DNA from: Kiritimatiellia bacterium
GTDB taxonomy: Bacteria; Verrucomicrobiota; Kiritimatiellia; B70-G9
Direction of reading: 5' to 3'
Assembly: GCA_029934055.1 (NCBI GenBank)
Contig: JAOZMZ010000001.1
Span: forward strand, 7,704-71,703
Length of the DNA: 64,000 bases
The position numbers were made by a program, and so were the translations under genes. This document shows, piece by piece, positions 25,384-34,742 of the stretch. Numbering within the stretch: position 1 is the stretch's first letter; the number at the start of each line of letters is the position of its first letter. The notes beneath the pieces are model-generated. The model did no database searches. It worked only from the letters and a program-made list of their open reading frames with translations, and was not told the origin of the DNA.

Positions 25384-26589
25384 ATGAAAGTGGTACTTGC
25401 TTATTCCGGCGGGCTCGACACGTCGGTGATATTGAAATGGCTGATTGAGAAGTATCATGCCGAGGTTATTGCGTTTACGGCGGACGTGGGCCAGGAGGAG
25501 GAGCTCAGCGGGCTCGAGGAAAAGGCGCGCGCGACCGGTGCCTCGTCCGTATACATCGAAGATCTCCGTGCGGAATTTGCGAGCGACTACGTCTTCCCGA
25601 TGTTGCGGGCCGGGGCGGTATACGAGTCCGGCTACCTGCTCGGCACGGCGATTGCCCGGCCTTTGATAGCAAGGCGCATGGTGGAAATTGCGCACAAAGA
25701 GGGGGCCACGGCGATAGCTCACGGGGCTACTGGGAAGGGCAACGACCAGGTGCGTTTCGAGATCAGTGCTTATGCACTGGATCCTGATATCCGCGTCATC
25801 GCCCCCTGGCGGGAGTGGGATCTCAAGTCGCGCACCGACTTGATCGCCTATGCGCGTGAGCACGGCATTGACGTTCCGGTCACAGCCGAGAAACCGTATA
25901 GCACCGATCGAAACCTTCTGCATATCAGTTATGAGGGGGGGGTGCTGGAGGATCCGTGGGCCATGCCGCCGCCGGAGATGTTCAGGCTCACAAAGGATCC
26001 CAGGGAGGCGCCCGATGAGCCGGCGGAGGTCACTGTGGAATTCAATTCCGGCGACGCCGTGGCCGTCAACGGGCGCAGGATGAATCCCCTGGGTATTATG
26101 CGGGAGCTCAATCGCTTGGCAGGCATGCACGGCGTAGGCCGCATTGACATGGTGGAAAACCGTTATGTGGGCATAAAGTGCCGTGGCGTCTATGAAAGCC
26201 CTGCCGGGACGGTCCTTCACCGCGCCCGTGAGGCTGTTGAGCAGATTACCATGGACCGGGAAGTGCTGCATTTACGTGACAGCCTCGTGCCGCGTTACGC
26301 CGAGATGGTATACGACGGCTACTGGTTCTCACCGGAACGCCGGATGCTGCAGGCGGCGATGGACGAGGCGGCCCGTGAAGTCACCGGAACGGCGCGGCTG
26401 AGACTCTACAAGGGGAGTTGTTCAGTTACCGGACGACGTTCGGACGAAGCCCTTTACGATCCTTACCTGGCGACGTTTGAAGAAGAGGATGTCTATGATC
26501 AACGGGATGCGAGTGGGTTCATTCGCCTGAATGCGCTCCGCCTGCGCATGGCGGCGAGGCGCGCCGCCCGAAAAGTTCGCGAGGGGTAG
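25384..26589 (+). CDS. argG: Argininosuccinate synthase
   Basis: [36 protein letters not shown] at 25369-25374 favours the ATG at 25384 (or 25378) over the track TTG at 25363. Confidence 0.9.
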   Translation: MKVVLAYSGGLDTSVILKWLIEKYHAEVIAFTADVGQEEELSGLEEKARATGASSVYIEDLRAEFASDYVFPMLRAGAVYESGYLLGTAIARPLIARRMVEIAHKEGATAIAHGATGKGNDQVRFEISAYALDPDIRVIAPWREWDLKSRTDLIAYAREHGIDVPVTAEKPYSTDRNLLHISYEGGVLEDPWAMPPPEMFRLTKDPREAPDEPAEVTVEFNSGDAVAVNGRRMNPLGIMRELNRLAGMHGVGRIDMVENRYVGIKCRGVYESPAGTVLHRAREAVEQITMDREVLHLRDSLVPRYAEMVYDGYWFSPERRMLQAAMDEAAREVTGTARLRLYKGSCSVTGRRSDEALYDPYLATFEEEDVYDQRDASGFIRLNALRLRMAARRAARKVREG

Positions 26590-26591
26590 AC

Positions 26592-27845
26592 ATGGAGGCC
26601 TTTCACTACCGCAATGGTGAGTTGTACGGTGAGGGAGTACGGCTCCAGGAACTGGCCGATGAATACGGCACACCATTGTTTGTGTATAGTCACGCCCATT
26701 TCACGGAGCGGCTGGGTTCTCTGCGGACGGCCATGGCGGAAGTGGATCCCCTGATATGCTTTTCTGTCAAGGTGAACACCAATGCCGCGGTGATTAAGCT
26801 TCTCGGGCAGCGGGGGGCCGGAGCCGACGTGGTTTCGGGAGGAGAACTTTTTCGCGCGCGTCGCGTGGGGATACCCGGGGAGCGGATCGTGTTTGCCGGA
26901 GTGGGAAAGACCGCCGCCGAGATTGATTATGGGATCCAGGAGGGCATCCTTTTTTTTACGGTTGAATCCGAGGACGAGCTCAAACTGATTTCTGAAAGAG
27001 CCCGCCGCTTGCATACGAGTGTACGGGTCGCCGTGCGTGTGAATCCTGATGTTGATCCGGCGACGCACCGTTTCATCAGTACCGGCAAGAAGGAGAACAA
27101 GTTCGGCCTCGACGTGGCGCGCGCGGCCGAGGTCTGCGGGCGTACCCGGGAGATGGAAGGGGTACAGCTCGTGGGGTTGCACATGCATATCGGCTCGCAG
27201 ATTCTTTCCGTAGAACCCTACGTGGCCGCGCTGCAGAGGATCATCCCGTTGTGCAGGCGGTTCAGGGAAGAGCATCCGGCTTTTGAATATCTTGATATAG
27301 GGGGGGGATTGGGGATCAGCTACCGGGACGAGGAAAAGGAGCTTGATCCGGAGGCGTTTGCCGCCGCCTTGGTTCCGTTCTTGCAGCCGCTGGGGCTGAA
27401 GATCGTCATGGAGCCCGGACGCTACATCGCCGGGAACGCGGGCGTGTTGCTGACAAGGGTCCTTTATATAAAGAAAAACGCCGTCAAGAAGTTCATCGTT
27501 GTGGATGCCTCCATGACTGAACTCATCCGTCCGGCTCTGTATGAAGCCTACCACGAGATTCTGCCCGTACGGCAGACAAGGGAACGGGCCCCGGCAGACG
27601 TGGTCGGGCCGGTTTGCGAATCAACGGATTTTCTTGCGCTTGAAAGGGAGATGCCGGTGGTGGCCTCCGGAGACCTGCTGGCGGTCAGAAGTGTGGGTGC
27701 GTATGGATGGGTGATGTCGTCGAACTACAACAGCCGGCCGCGGGCGGCGGAGGTCATGGTCTCCGGCGGGCGCCATGCCCTCATCCGTCGTCGTGAGACC
27801 CGAGAGGATCTGGTCCGTGGCGAAACGATTCCGGAGTGGCTGTAG
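26592..27845 (+). CDS. lysA: Diaminopimelate decarboxylase
   Basis: YGTPLFVYS, FSVKVN (PLP lysine), LDIGGGLGI, GPVCES, AYG..MSSNYN. Confidence 0.9.
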   Translation: MEAFHYRNGELYGEGVRLQELADEYGTPLFVYSHAHFTERLGSLRTAMAEVDPLICFSVKVNTNAAVIKLLGQRGAGADVVSGGELFRARRVGIPGERIVFAGVGKTAAEIDYGIQEGILFFTVESEDELKLISERARRLHTSVRVAVRVNPDVDPATHRFISTGKKENKFGLDVARAAEVCGRTREMEGVQLVGLHMHIGSQILSVEPYVAALQRIIPLCRRFREEHPAFEYLDIGGGLGISYRDEEKELDPEAFAAALVPFLQPLGLKIVMEPGRYIAGNAGVLLTRVLYIKKNAVKKFIVVDASMTELIRPALYEAYHEILPVRQTRERAPADVVGPVCESTDFLALEREMPVVASGDLLAVRSVGAYGWVMSSNYNSRPRAAEVMVSGGRHALIRRRETREDLVRGETIPEWL

Positions 27846-27874
27846 GTGGTATGCTGCCGGCGTTCAATCAGCGA

Positions 27875-27904
27875 TTGCACAAAATGTCTTTTTGGCTCTA
27901 TTAT
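27875..27904 (+). promoter_or_regulatory. Sigma70-like promoter upstream of the Cys-rich ORF and mutS
   Basis: TTGCAC (27875-27880), 18-nt spacer, TATTAT (27899-27904). Confidence 0.35.
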
Positions 27905-27954
27905 GTTTCCGGGAAAATGAGTTCTGGCTGTCAGGGCCGGGAGTGCAAGGTGCC

Positions 27955-28263
27955 ATGACGCAGGATGATGAGGCGGTGTATTTCGGATTCGGCGAGGGGT
28001 GTCCAATTCACGGCGATGAATACCTTCGCGAATGCAGCGTATGTGGCGCCGAGTTTTGCACCCGTTGCCATCCCGGTTCAACCACATGCCCGCAGTGTTC
28101 GGAGGCTATTGAGGATGACTTCGAGGAGCGTCCCGACTTTGAAGATGTCGATCGCATCGACAGCCTTTTGGCGGATGACGAGCCCCTCGATGATTTGGCC
28201 GACGACGAGGTGGGCCCCGCATGCTGTGACGATTTTCTCGAAGAAGACGGCGAGCGTGATTGA
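27955..28263 (+). CDS. Hypothetical Cys-rich (two-zinc) protein with a polyacidic tail
   Basis: 102 aa from the internal ATG: CPIH...CSVC..FCTRCH...CPQC (eight Cys/His ligands), then about 55 residues rich in Asp/Glu (DDFEERPDFEDVD..DDEPLDDLADDE..DDFLEEDGERD). Lies 39 nt upstream of mutS. Confidence 0.55.
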   Translation: MTQDDEAVYFGFGEGCPIHGDEYLRECSVCGAEFCTRCHPGSTTCPQCSEAIEDDFEERPDFEDVDRIDSLLADDEPLDDLADDEVGPACCDDFLEEDGERD

Positions 28264-28302
28264 TACGCCCCGCCGGACCCTCGAGCGTGGACGGAGGTTA
28301 CC

Positions 28303-30828
28303 GTGAAGCCGGCTAGCACGCCGATGATGAGTCAATACCGCCGTATACGCAGCGGTCTTGCACCGGATACGATTCTTTTTTTCCGCCTGGGCGATTTTTA
28401 TGAAATGTTTTTTGAGGATGCCAAGAAGGCTGCGCCGATTCTTGATATAGCCCTAACCCGGCGTAACAACGTGCCCATGTGCGGGGTGCCCTATCACGCA
28501 GCGGAATCCTACTTGGCACGTCTCATAAGGGCCGGGTTGAAGGTGGCTGTCTGTGATCAGGTCGAGGATCCGTCTGCTGCACGGGGCATCGTGCGCCGCG
28601 AGATAACACGTATTGTGACCCCCGGCACGGTCCTGGAGGGGGATGTTCTCGAGTCGCGGCGCAACAACTTTCTTGCGGCGTTGCACGGAGACGAAAAGCT
28701 TGTCGGCCTGGCCCTGCTCGATATTTCAACCGGCGAATTCACGATAGAAGAGGATCAAGTCGAATCCATACGTGCGCAGTTTGCGAAATATGCTCCCGCG
28801 GAGTGCTTGGTGGCGGAGGCCGACCGGGAGGAGGCTTGGTTACAATCAGTGACGTCCGAATCGCCGGGAACTTTAGTCACTCCCTACGAAGATTGGATAT
28901 TCGACTATGATGCTGCGCTGGATTATCTCACGCGGCACTTCAGGGTCCATTCGCTTGAGGGGTATGGTTGCGGCGGTGCGCGTACCGGGCTGGGTGCTGC
29001 GGGGGCCGTGCTGCACTATGTCAGCCGGGAGCTGCGGCGCAACGTAGAGCACGTTCGCTCGATCCATCTTCGCAATCCGCGTGATTTCATGATCTTGGAT
29101 GAAACCACGGTGGCCAACCTGGAGCTGTTGAAGCCCCGTTCTTCGTCCGCACCGGGGGAATGGTCGCTTTTGGGAATACTAGACAGCACCAGAACGCCGA
29201 TGGGAGCGCGTCTCTTGCGACAGTGGATTCTGCGTCCTTTGGCCTCCCGGCGGGCGATCGAGATGCGACACGAAGCCGTGACGGCATTCGTTGGGAAACC
29301 GACTCTCATGGCGGATGTCCGCGAGACATTGGGGGAAATCCGTGACCTGCAAAGGTTGCTGGCGCGTCTGACCGCCGGCGGGGGCAACGCCAGGGATGTT
29401 GTCTCGTTGGGCCGATCCTTGGGGCGGTTGCCGCACCTGCGCGAGGTCCTGCTGAAGACGGGAAGCGCGGCCTTGGAAGCACCGGCGAAGCGTCTGCAGG
29501 ACCTGCCGGAATTGGTTGCTCACATCGAAAGGGCCATTGTGGAAGAACCGCCTGCGGTTCTTCGCGAGGGGGGGATCATCAGGGAGGGTTACGACGCTGA
29601 GCTTGACGAACTGCGGCGGGCGGCTCGTGACGGGCGGCGCTGGATCGCCGAGTACCAGGCGCGGGAACAGGAGCGGACGGGGATCAAATCTCTTAAGGTT
29701 CGTCACAACAAGGTGTTCGGTTACTACATCGAAGTCACCAAGCCGAACCTGGCATTGGTGCCTGACGAGTACCAACGCAAGCAGACTCTCGTCAATGCGG
29801 AGCGATTCATCACCCCGGAACTCAAGGACTACGAGAACCGCATACTTGGTTCGCAGGAGCGGGCGCGCGAGCTGGAATATGAGATTTTTGTACGTCTGCG
29901 CGGCGAGGTGGTCGCGTCCGCTGCAGTCATCCAGGCCGACGCCGAGGCGGTGGCCGAAGTTGATGTGCTTTGCAGCTTGGCTGAACGTGCGCGGAGTTTC
30001 GATTATGTCCGGCCCCGCATGACGGATTCCGACGTAGTGAAAATCAGTGCCGGACGGCATCCGGTCGTGGAACGGATACCGGGAAGTGAGGCATTTGTGC
30101 CCAACGATACGCTTTTGGACAACAGTGGCAATCAGTTGGTGATTATCACCGGTCCCAACATGGCGGGCAAGTCCACCTACATACGCCAAGTGGCGTTGAT
30201 TGTGATCATGGCGCAGATCGGATCTTTTGTTCCTGCCGCCGAGGCCGAGATAGGCGTGGTTGACCGGGTCTTTACACGGGTCGGGGCCAGTGACGATCTG
30301 GCCGGGGGGCGCAGCACTTTTATGGTGGAGATGCAGGAGACGGCGAATATTCTGCACAATGCGACTCCCGCCAGCCTGGTCGTGTTGGACGAAATCGGAC
30401 GGGGCACGAGTACTTTCGACGGGATCAGCATCGCCTGGGCGGTGGCCGAGTATTTGCACAACAATCCCCGCGTCAAGGCCAAGACCCTTTTTGCGACTCA
30501 CTACCATGAGTTGACCGATCTTGCCCTGACGATGGCGGGGGTGAAGAATTACAATGTTTTGGTGCGCGAATCCGGTGATGGGATCGCTTTTCTACGGCGC
30601 ATCGTACCGGGTGCCGCGGACAAAAGTTATGGTATCCAGGTGGCACGCCTGGCAGGCCTTCCACAGGATGTGGTCGACCGTGCGTCCGAAATCCTGCGTA
30701 ATCTTGAAGAGGGGGAATTTGAAGAAGAGGGGCGCCCTCGCATTGCGCGTCGGCGCGGTCGTCGCCTCCGCGATGCCGGGGCGCAGATGGAGTTGTTCGA
30801 CGGAGGCGCGCTGCGTTCCGGAGCTTGA
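28303..30828 (+). CDS. mutS: DNA mismatch repair protein MutS
   Basis: TPMMSQY, FYEMFFEDA, Walker A ITGPNMAGKST, DEIGRGTSTFDG, ATHYHEL. GTG start. Confidence 0.95.
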   Translation: MKPASTPMMSQYRRIRSGLAPDTILFFRLGDFYEMFFEDAKKAAPILDIALTRRNNVPMCGVPYHAAESYLARLIRAGLKVAVCDQVEDPSAARGIVRREITRIVTPGTVLEGDVLESRRNNFLAALHGDEKLVGLALLDISTGEFTIEEDQVESIRAQFAKYAPAECLVAEADREEAWLQSVTSESPGTLVTPYEDWIFDYDAALDYLTRHFRVHSLEGYGCGGARTGLGAAGAVLHYVSRELRRNVEHVRSIHLRNPRDFMILDETTVANLELLKPRSSSAPGEWSLLGILDSTRTPMGARLLRQWILRPLASRRAIEMRHEAVTAFVGKPTLMADVRETLGEIRDLQRLLARLTAGGGNARDVVSLGRSLGRLPHLREVLLKTGSAALEAPAKRLQDLPELVAHIERAIVEEPPAVLREGGIIREGYDAELDELRRAARDGRRWIAEYQAREQERTGIKSLKVRHNKVFGYYIEVTKPNLALVPDEYQRKQTLVNAERFITPELKDYENRILGSQERARELEYEIFVRLRGEVVASAAVIQADAEAVAEVDVLCSLAERARSFDYVRPRMTDSDVVKISAGRHPVVERIPGSEAFVPNDTLLDNSGNQLVIITGPNMAGKSTYIRQVALIVIMAQIGSFVPAAEAEIGVVDRVFTRVGASDDLAGGRSTFMVEMQETANILHNATPASLVVLDEIGRGTSTFDGISIAWAVAEYLHNNPRVKAKTLFATHYHELTDLALTMAGVKNYNVLVRESGDGIAFLRRIVPGAADKSYGIQVARLAGLPQDVVDRASEILRNLEEGEFEEEGRPRIARRRGRRLRDAGAQMELFDGGALRSGA

Positions 30829-30836
30829 CGCTACAG

Positions 30837-31331
30837 CTAGCGGCGAGGCGGCCAAACCTTTACACGCAACCGGCGCCGGCCCCATTTGACCGCTTGGGAA
30901 TGGTGCCGGAAAAATAGGTCTATGTGGTTTCCCTTGAGAGCCGAGCCGGTGTCTTCAACACGACCGAACCCGTAGCCGGGCACATACATGATTGTGCCGT
31001 AGGGGAATACGGATGTATCCGCGGCGATCGTGCCGCGGTGTGCCCGCGTGCCCGAAGCGGTCCAGCCGACGCGTTTCGGCCTTCCGCGCATGGGACCACT
31101 GGCGATGACCGGCCGTCCATACCAATTGCGGCGCCAGTTGCAACATTTTCCGCAAGGACAATAGCCGGTCGTTTCCAACAGCATGATTCGGGGGCGGCGG
31201 TTGCGAGGGGGACGGATGTGGCTGGTGGACGCCCAGGGCAGGCATCCACCCGAGAGAATCAGTGCCAGCGCGGTCACGAGGAGCCTCAGGGGCGCTTTGG
31301 GATAAGGCGGAATTTTTTTATTAATTATCAC
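30837..31331 (-). CDS. 3D-domain (MltA/RlpA-like double-psi barrel) cell-wall protein
   Basis: N-terminal signal/TM segment; ETTGYCPCGKCC ... GTIAADTSVFPYGTIMYVPGYGFGRVEDTGSALKGNHIDLF is typical of 3D-domain proteins. Confidence 0.7.
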   Translation of the reverse strand: MIINKKIPPYPKAPLRLLVTALALILSGGCLPWASTSHIRPPRNRRPRIMLLETTGYCPCGKCCNWRRNWYGRPVIASGPMRGRPKRVGWTASGTRAHRGTIAADTSVFPYGTIMYVPGYGFGRVEDTGSALKGNHIDLFFRHHSQAVKWGRRRLRVKVWPPRR

Positions 31332-31468
31332 TTTACAAGGTATGAACCATAGGTTAGGTTATGGATGTTGTCGGCAATATAGTGGAGAAACATGGAAGGG
31401 GCAAGATGTCGGCAGCAGGGGATCAGAGTTAGGAACGACAAAAAAGGTGTTTTATGTACGTTGGCGCC

Positions 31469-31498
31469 TTGACGAAATGATCAAAATGTGCAAATAAT
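31469..31498 (+). promoter_or_regulatory. Sigma70-like promoter with no protein gene immediately downstream
   Basis: TTGACG (31469-31474), 18-nt spacer, AATAAT (31493-31498), in an AT-richer spacer. Confidence 0.45.
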
Positions 31499-31504
31499 AC
31501 ATGA

Positions 31505-31596
31505 AAATAGTCAATTGGCCTTCGCGCGCTAGCGCGGAGGTTAGAGTCGCCCGGTTTCCCCCCCTCCCCCGAAATCCACCGGGCGACTTATTTTTT
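31505..31596 (+). ncRNA. Candidate ~90-nt sRNA or rsmB leader (two hairpins, poly-C loop)
   Basis: Hairpin 1 at 31519-31540 (9-bp stem CCTTCGCGC/GCGCGGAGG, GCTA loop). Hairpin 2 is the terminator, with the 24-nt loop TTTCCCCCCCTCCCCCGAAATCCA. Ends are inferred from the promoter and the U-tract only. Confidence 0.35.
31545..31596 (+). terminator. Strong intrinsic terminator 36 nt upstream of rsmB, same strand
   Basis: 10-bp perfect GC-rich stem AGTCGCCCGG (31545-31554) / CCGGGCGACT (31579-31588), followed by TTATTTTTT. Confidence 0.7.
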
Positions 31597-31631
31597 ATAT
31601 ACTCACAGTCAGGAAGAAGAACACGGAATAG

Positions 31632-32909
31632 GTGATGTACAAAAGTCGTTCCACCGCCGTGGAAACCAGGGCAATCGCAGCACAACTGGTTGCGGAGAAT
31701 CTTTTCTTGGAACGTTTCCCGGCGCGGCTTTTGGCCGAGAGCGGCTTGGGGGAGGATGCCTTCGTACGCGAACTTGTACTCGGGGTGACCCGCCGCCGCC
31801 GAACACTTTTTTGGGCATGCGACCGTGTGACGTCTCACAGACCCAGAGGGCTGTTGCTGGCGTTGCTCTTTGTGGGCGCCTACCAAGTGCTTTTCATGGA
31901 CCGGGTGCCGGACTACGCGGCGGTGGATGCGACTGTCGGCGCGGCGCGGCGCCTGGCGAAGGGGGGCGTGAAATTTCTGAATGCTGTACTTCGGCGGATA
32001 GCGCGTGAGCGTGGACGGATTTTGACGGAATTGGAGAAATGTCCGCCGGCCATTCGGTTTTCACATCCCGAGGAACTCGTCGGCCGCTGGCGGGACACGT
32101 TCGGGGAGAAGGGATTGCTGGAGCTGCTCGCATGGAATAATCGACCGGCTCTGGTAATAGTACGACTACGCGGCTCACAATCTGCCCGGGGAGAGGTCAT
32201 CGCCGAGTTCAGCAGGCGCGGGATTGCCGTGAGTCCACACGATTTCGCGCCTGAGGAATTCTTTGTGATTGGGCGGGGTGAGGCCGTGCCCAGTCTGCCG
32301 GGATTCAATGACGGGCTTCTGACCGTGCAGGATCCTTCAACCGCGCTTGCGGTGCGCCTGTTGGACCCGCAGTCCGGTGAGAACATTCTGGATGCTTGTG
32401 CAGCCCCGGGAGGCAAGTCGGTGCTTATTGCCGATCGCATGGGGGGGCGAGGACGGGTCGTGGCGTTGGAAAAACATGCCGACCGATTGATGTTGCTCAA
32501 AGATACGATAACGCGCAGCAGACATGGGATCATAACGCCCTTGAGGGCGGATGCCACCGAGTGGGTGCCGGAGAGCGGGGGATTCGATGCGGTCCTCGCA
32601 GATGTTCCCTGTAGCAATACGGGCGTGATTCGGAGGCGGCCGGATGTGCGCTGGCGTTTCAGCCGCGGGCGGCTCAAGCGCCTCTGCAGTCTGCAACAAC
32701 AGCTTTTGCGCCATCTTGCGGGATTGGTACGGCCCGGCGGTCGCCTGGTTTACAGTACATGCAGTTTGGAGCCCGAGGAGAACGAGGAAATCGTGCGGGC
32801 GTTCCTGGCCGTGAATAGGGCTTTTTTCTTGGAGAAGGAAGTCCGCCTTTTTCCCCCGGAGCATGAGACGGACGGTTCCTATGCTGCACTGCTGATCCGG
32901 AAGCGTTGA
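31632..32909 (+). CDS. rsmB: 16S rRNA (cytosine967-C5)-methyltransferase RsmB/Sun
   Basis: N-terminal NusB-like domain; SAM motif LDACAAPGGKS; catalytic DVPCSNTGV and YSTCS. The start is either GTG 31632 or ATG 31635. Confidence 0.85.
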   Translation: MMYKSRSTAVETRAIAAQLVAENLFLERFPARLLAESGLGEDAFVRELVLGVTRRRRTLFWACDRVTSHRPRGLLLALLFVGAYQVLFMDRVPDYAAVDATVGAARRLAKGGVKFLNAVLRRIARERGRILTELEKCPPAIRFSHPEELVGRWRDTFGEKGLLELLAWNNRPALVIVRLRGSQSARGEVIAEFSRRGIAVSPHDFAPEEFFVIGRGEAVPSLPGFNDGLLTVQDPSTALAVRLLDPQSGENILDACAAPGGKSVLIADRMGGRGRVVALEKHADRLMLLKDTITRSRHGIITPLRADATEWVPESGGFDAVLADVPCSNTGVIRRRPDVRWRFSRGRLKRLCSLQQQLLRHLAGLVRPGGRLVYSTCSLEPEENEEIVRAFLAVNRAFFLEKEVRLFPPEHETDGSYAALLIRKR

Positions 32910-33000
32910 AAGGCAGAGGCGGGCTGGGGTATTTGACATGCCCGATGAGGCCCCCTATGCTGGCCGTGCGGGCTGTGATACGGTTGAGCCGCGTGAGAGA

Positions 33001-34725
33001 ATGAGTACGATTACTTCAGCAAGCCGGCGCCTGGCGGATCTTTTTACACGTACCGGCCTGTTCTCCGCCGAGGAGGTGGAAAGGATACTGGCGGCGCACG
33101 TCCGCAGTGGTCGTTCGGTGACGGAGACGGTGGTTGAGCTCGGCCTGGCCGAGGAGGAGGAGTTCTTGAGGCGTCTGGCCGAGGCCATGGGAGTACCGTT
33201 TGCCGATCTGAGCCGAACGGATATTCCTCGCGAGGTCTTGGATCACCTGCCGACCAAAGCGGTCTTTCAGTACAACGTCATCCCGATTTCGCTCAGCGAG
33301 GGCACCCTGAGAGTGGCTACCAGCGATCCGTTCGCCACCGGATTGGTGGATGCTCTACGCCTGGCCTCCGGACTGAGGGTTCGCCTGGCGCTGAGCACCT
33401 CTGAGGATATCGAGCACGCGGTTAAGCAGCTCTACGGCGTCGGCGCGGATACGCTCGAGCGGATGATCGAGGACAACCGTATCGAGGTGGCACCGGAGGG
33501 AGATATTCTCAAGCAGGACCTCAGCGAGCTTGACCAGGAAGCATCAGTGGTGAAGTTCGTCAACCAGATCATCTGGGAGGCCTATCAGGACAGGGCCACG
33601 GATATTCACCTTGAGCCGATGGAGACCGATCTGCGGATTCGCTACCGCATAGATGGTGTGCTGCACCAGACGCCGGTTCCTCAGCAACTGAAACGTTTTC
33701 AGGCGGCCATCATTTCACGTATCAAGGTTATGGCGAACATGGACATCGCCGAAAAACGTCTGCCGCAGGACGGACGCATCAGCCTGCGTATTCGGGGTGA
33801 GGAAATAGACGTTCGGGTTTCGACCATGCCCACGGTGTACGGAGAGAGTGTGAGCCTGCGCCTGTTGATGCGCAGCAGCGGCCTGCTGGGGATGGATAAG
33901 CTGGGCCTGAGCAAGAGGGATGAAAATATTTTGAAAAAGCTTATCCATCGGCCCCATGGAATCCTGTTGGTGACCGGTCCGACAGGCTCGGGCAAGTCTA
34001 CCTCCCTGTATGCTTGGCTGCATACGATCAACTCGGTGGACAAGCGGATTATCACCATCGAGGACCCCATCGAGTACGAGATGGCAGGGGTTAATCAGAT
34101 TCAGGTAAGGCCAGAAATAGGGATGACCTTTGCGGTCGGGCTGCGGCATATTTTGCGTCAGGACCCAGACGTGATCATGGTGGGTGAGATTCGGGACCGT
34201 GAGACTGCGGAGATAGCCATACGGGCTGCACTGACCGGACACCTGGTATTCAGCACGTTGCATACGAATGATGCCGCCGGAGCGGTCACACGTCTGTTGG
34301 ACATGGGTATTGAACCGTATCTGGTGGCTTCTTCCGTGGAAGGCCTCGTCGCTCAGCGACTGGTGCGCAAGCTGTGCCAGCACTGCCGCCGGCCGCGCCA
34401 GTTGGATGAGGAGTTTCTGAGGGGAATATCGTTTCCTGTGGAACGCTTGGGGCAGGGCACGGTTTATGAGGCGGTAGGTTGTGACGAGTGTCGGGGTACG
34501 GGATTCCTGGGTAGGACCGGCATATATGAGATAATACTGGTGACTGACAACATCCGTCCGCTCATAGTAGAAAGAGCCTCGTCGAATACTATCAAGTCGG
34601 AGAGTATGCGCCATGGTATGCATACGCTTCGAGAGGATGGATGGGACAAGGTGCTTCGGGGGGTGACCACGATCGAGGAGGTTCTACGGGTTTCCGAAGA
34701 GGATGAGGCTCTTTCCGGAGAATAG
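33001..34725 (+). CDS. gspE: Type II secretion / type IV pilus assembly ATPase (GspE/PilB family)
   Basis: N-terminal T2SSE_N-like region; Walker A VTGPTGSGKST; Asp box; Walker B VIMVGEIRD; tetracysteine CxxC...CxxC (CQHC...CDEC). An alternative start is at 32938. Confidence 0.9.
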   Translation: MSTITSASRRLADLFTRTGLFSAEEVERILAAHVRSGRSVTETVVELGLAEEEEFLRRLAEAMGVPFADLSRTDIPREVLDHLPTKAVFQYNVIPISLSEGTLRVATSDPFATGLVDALRLASGLRVRLALSTSEDIEHAVKQLYGVGADTLERMIEDNRIEVAPEGDILKQDLSELDQEASVVKFVNQIIWEAYQDRATDIHLEPMETDLRIRYRIDGVLHQTPVPQQLKRFQAAIISRIKVMANMDIAEKRLPQDGRISLRIRGEEIDVRVSTMPTVYGESVSLRLLMRSSGLLGMDKLGLSKRDENILKKLIHRPHGILLVTGPTGSGKSTSLYAWLHTINSVDKRIITIEDPIEYEMAGVNQIQVRPEIGMTFAVGLRHILRQDPDVIMVGEIRDRETAEIAIRAALTGHLVFSTLHTNDAAGAVTRLLDMGIEPYLVASSVEGLVAQRLVRKLCQHCRRPRQLDEEFLRGISFPVERLGQGTVYEAVGCDECRGTGFLGRTGIYEIILVTDNIRPLIVERASSNTIKSESMRHGMHTLREDGWDKVLRGVTTIEEVLRVSEEDEALSGE

Positions 34726-34742
34726 TCTGCGAGACGCATCTC

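Noticed and set aside
31361-31432. 23-codon ORF (MDVVGNIVEKHGRGKMSAAGDQS) in the 3D-gene/rsmB spacer.
   Set aside because: It has no RBS and no hydrophobic or otherwise structured character. It lies upstream of the predicted promoter. Nothing supports it beyond being open.
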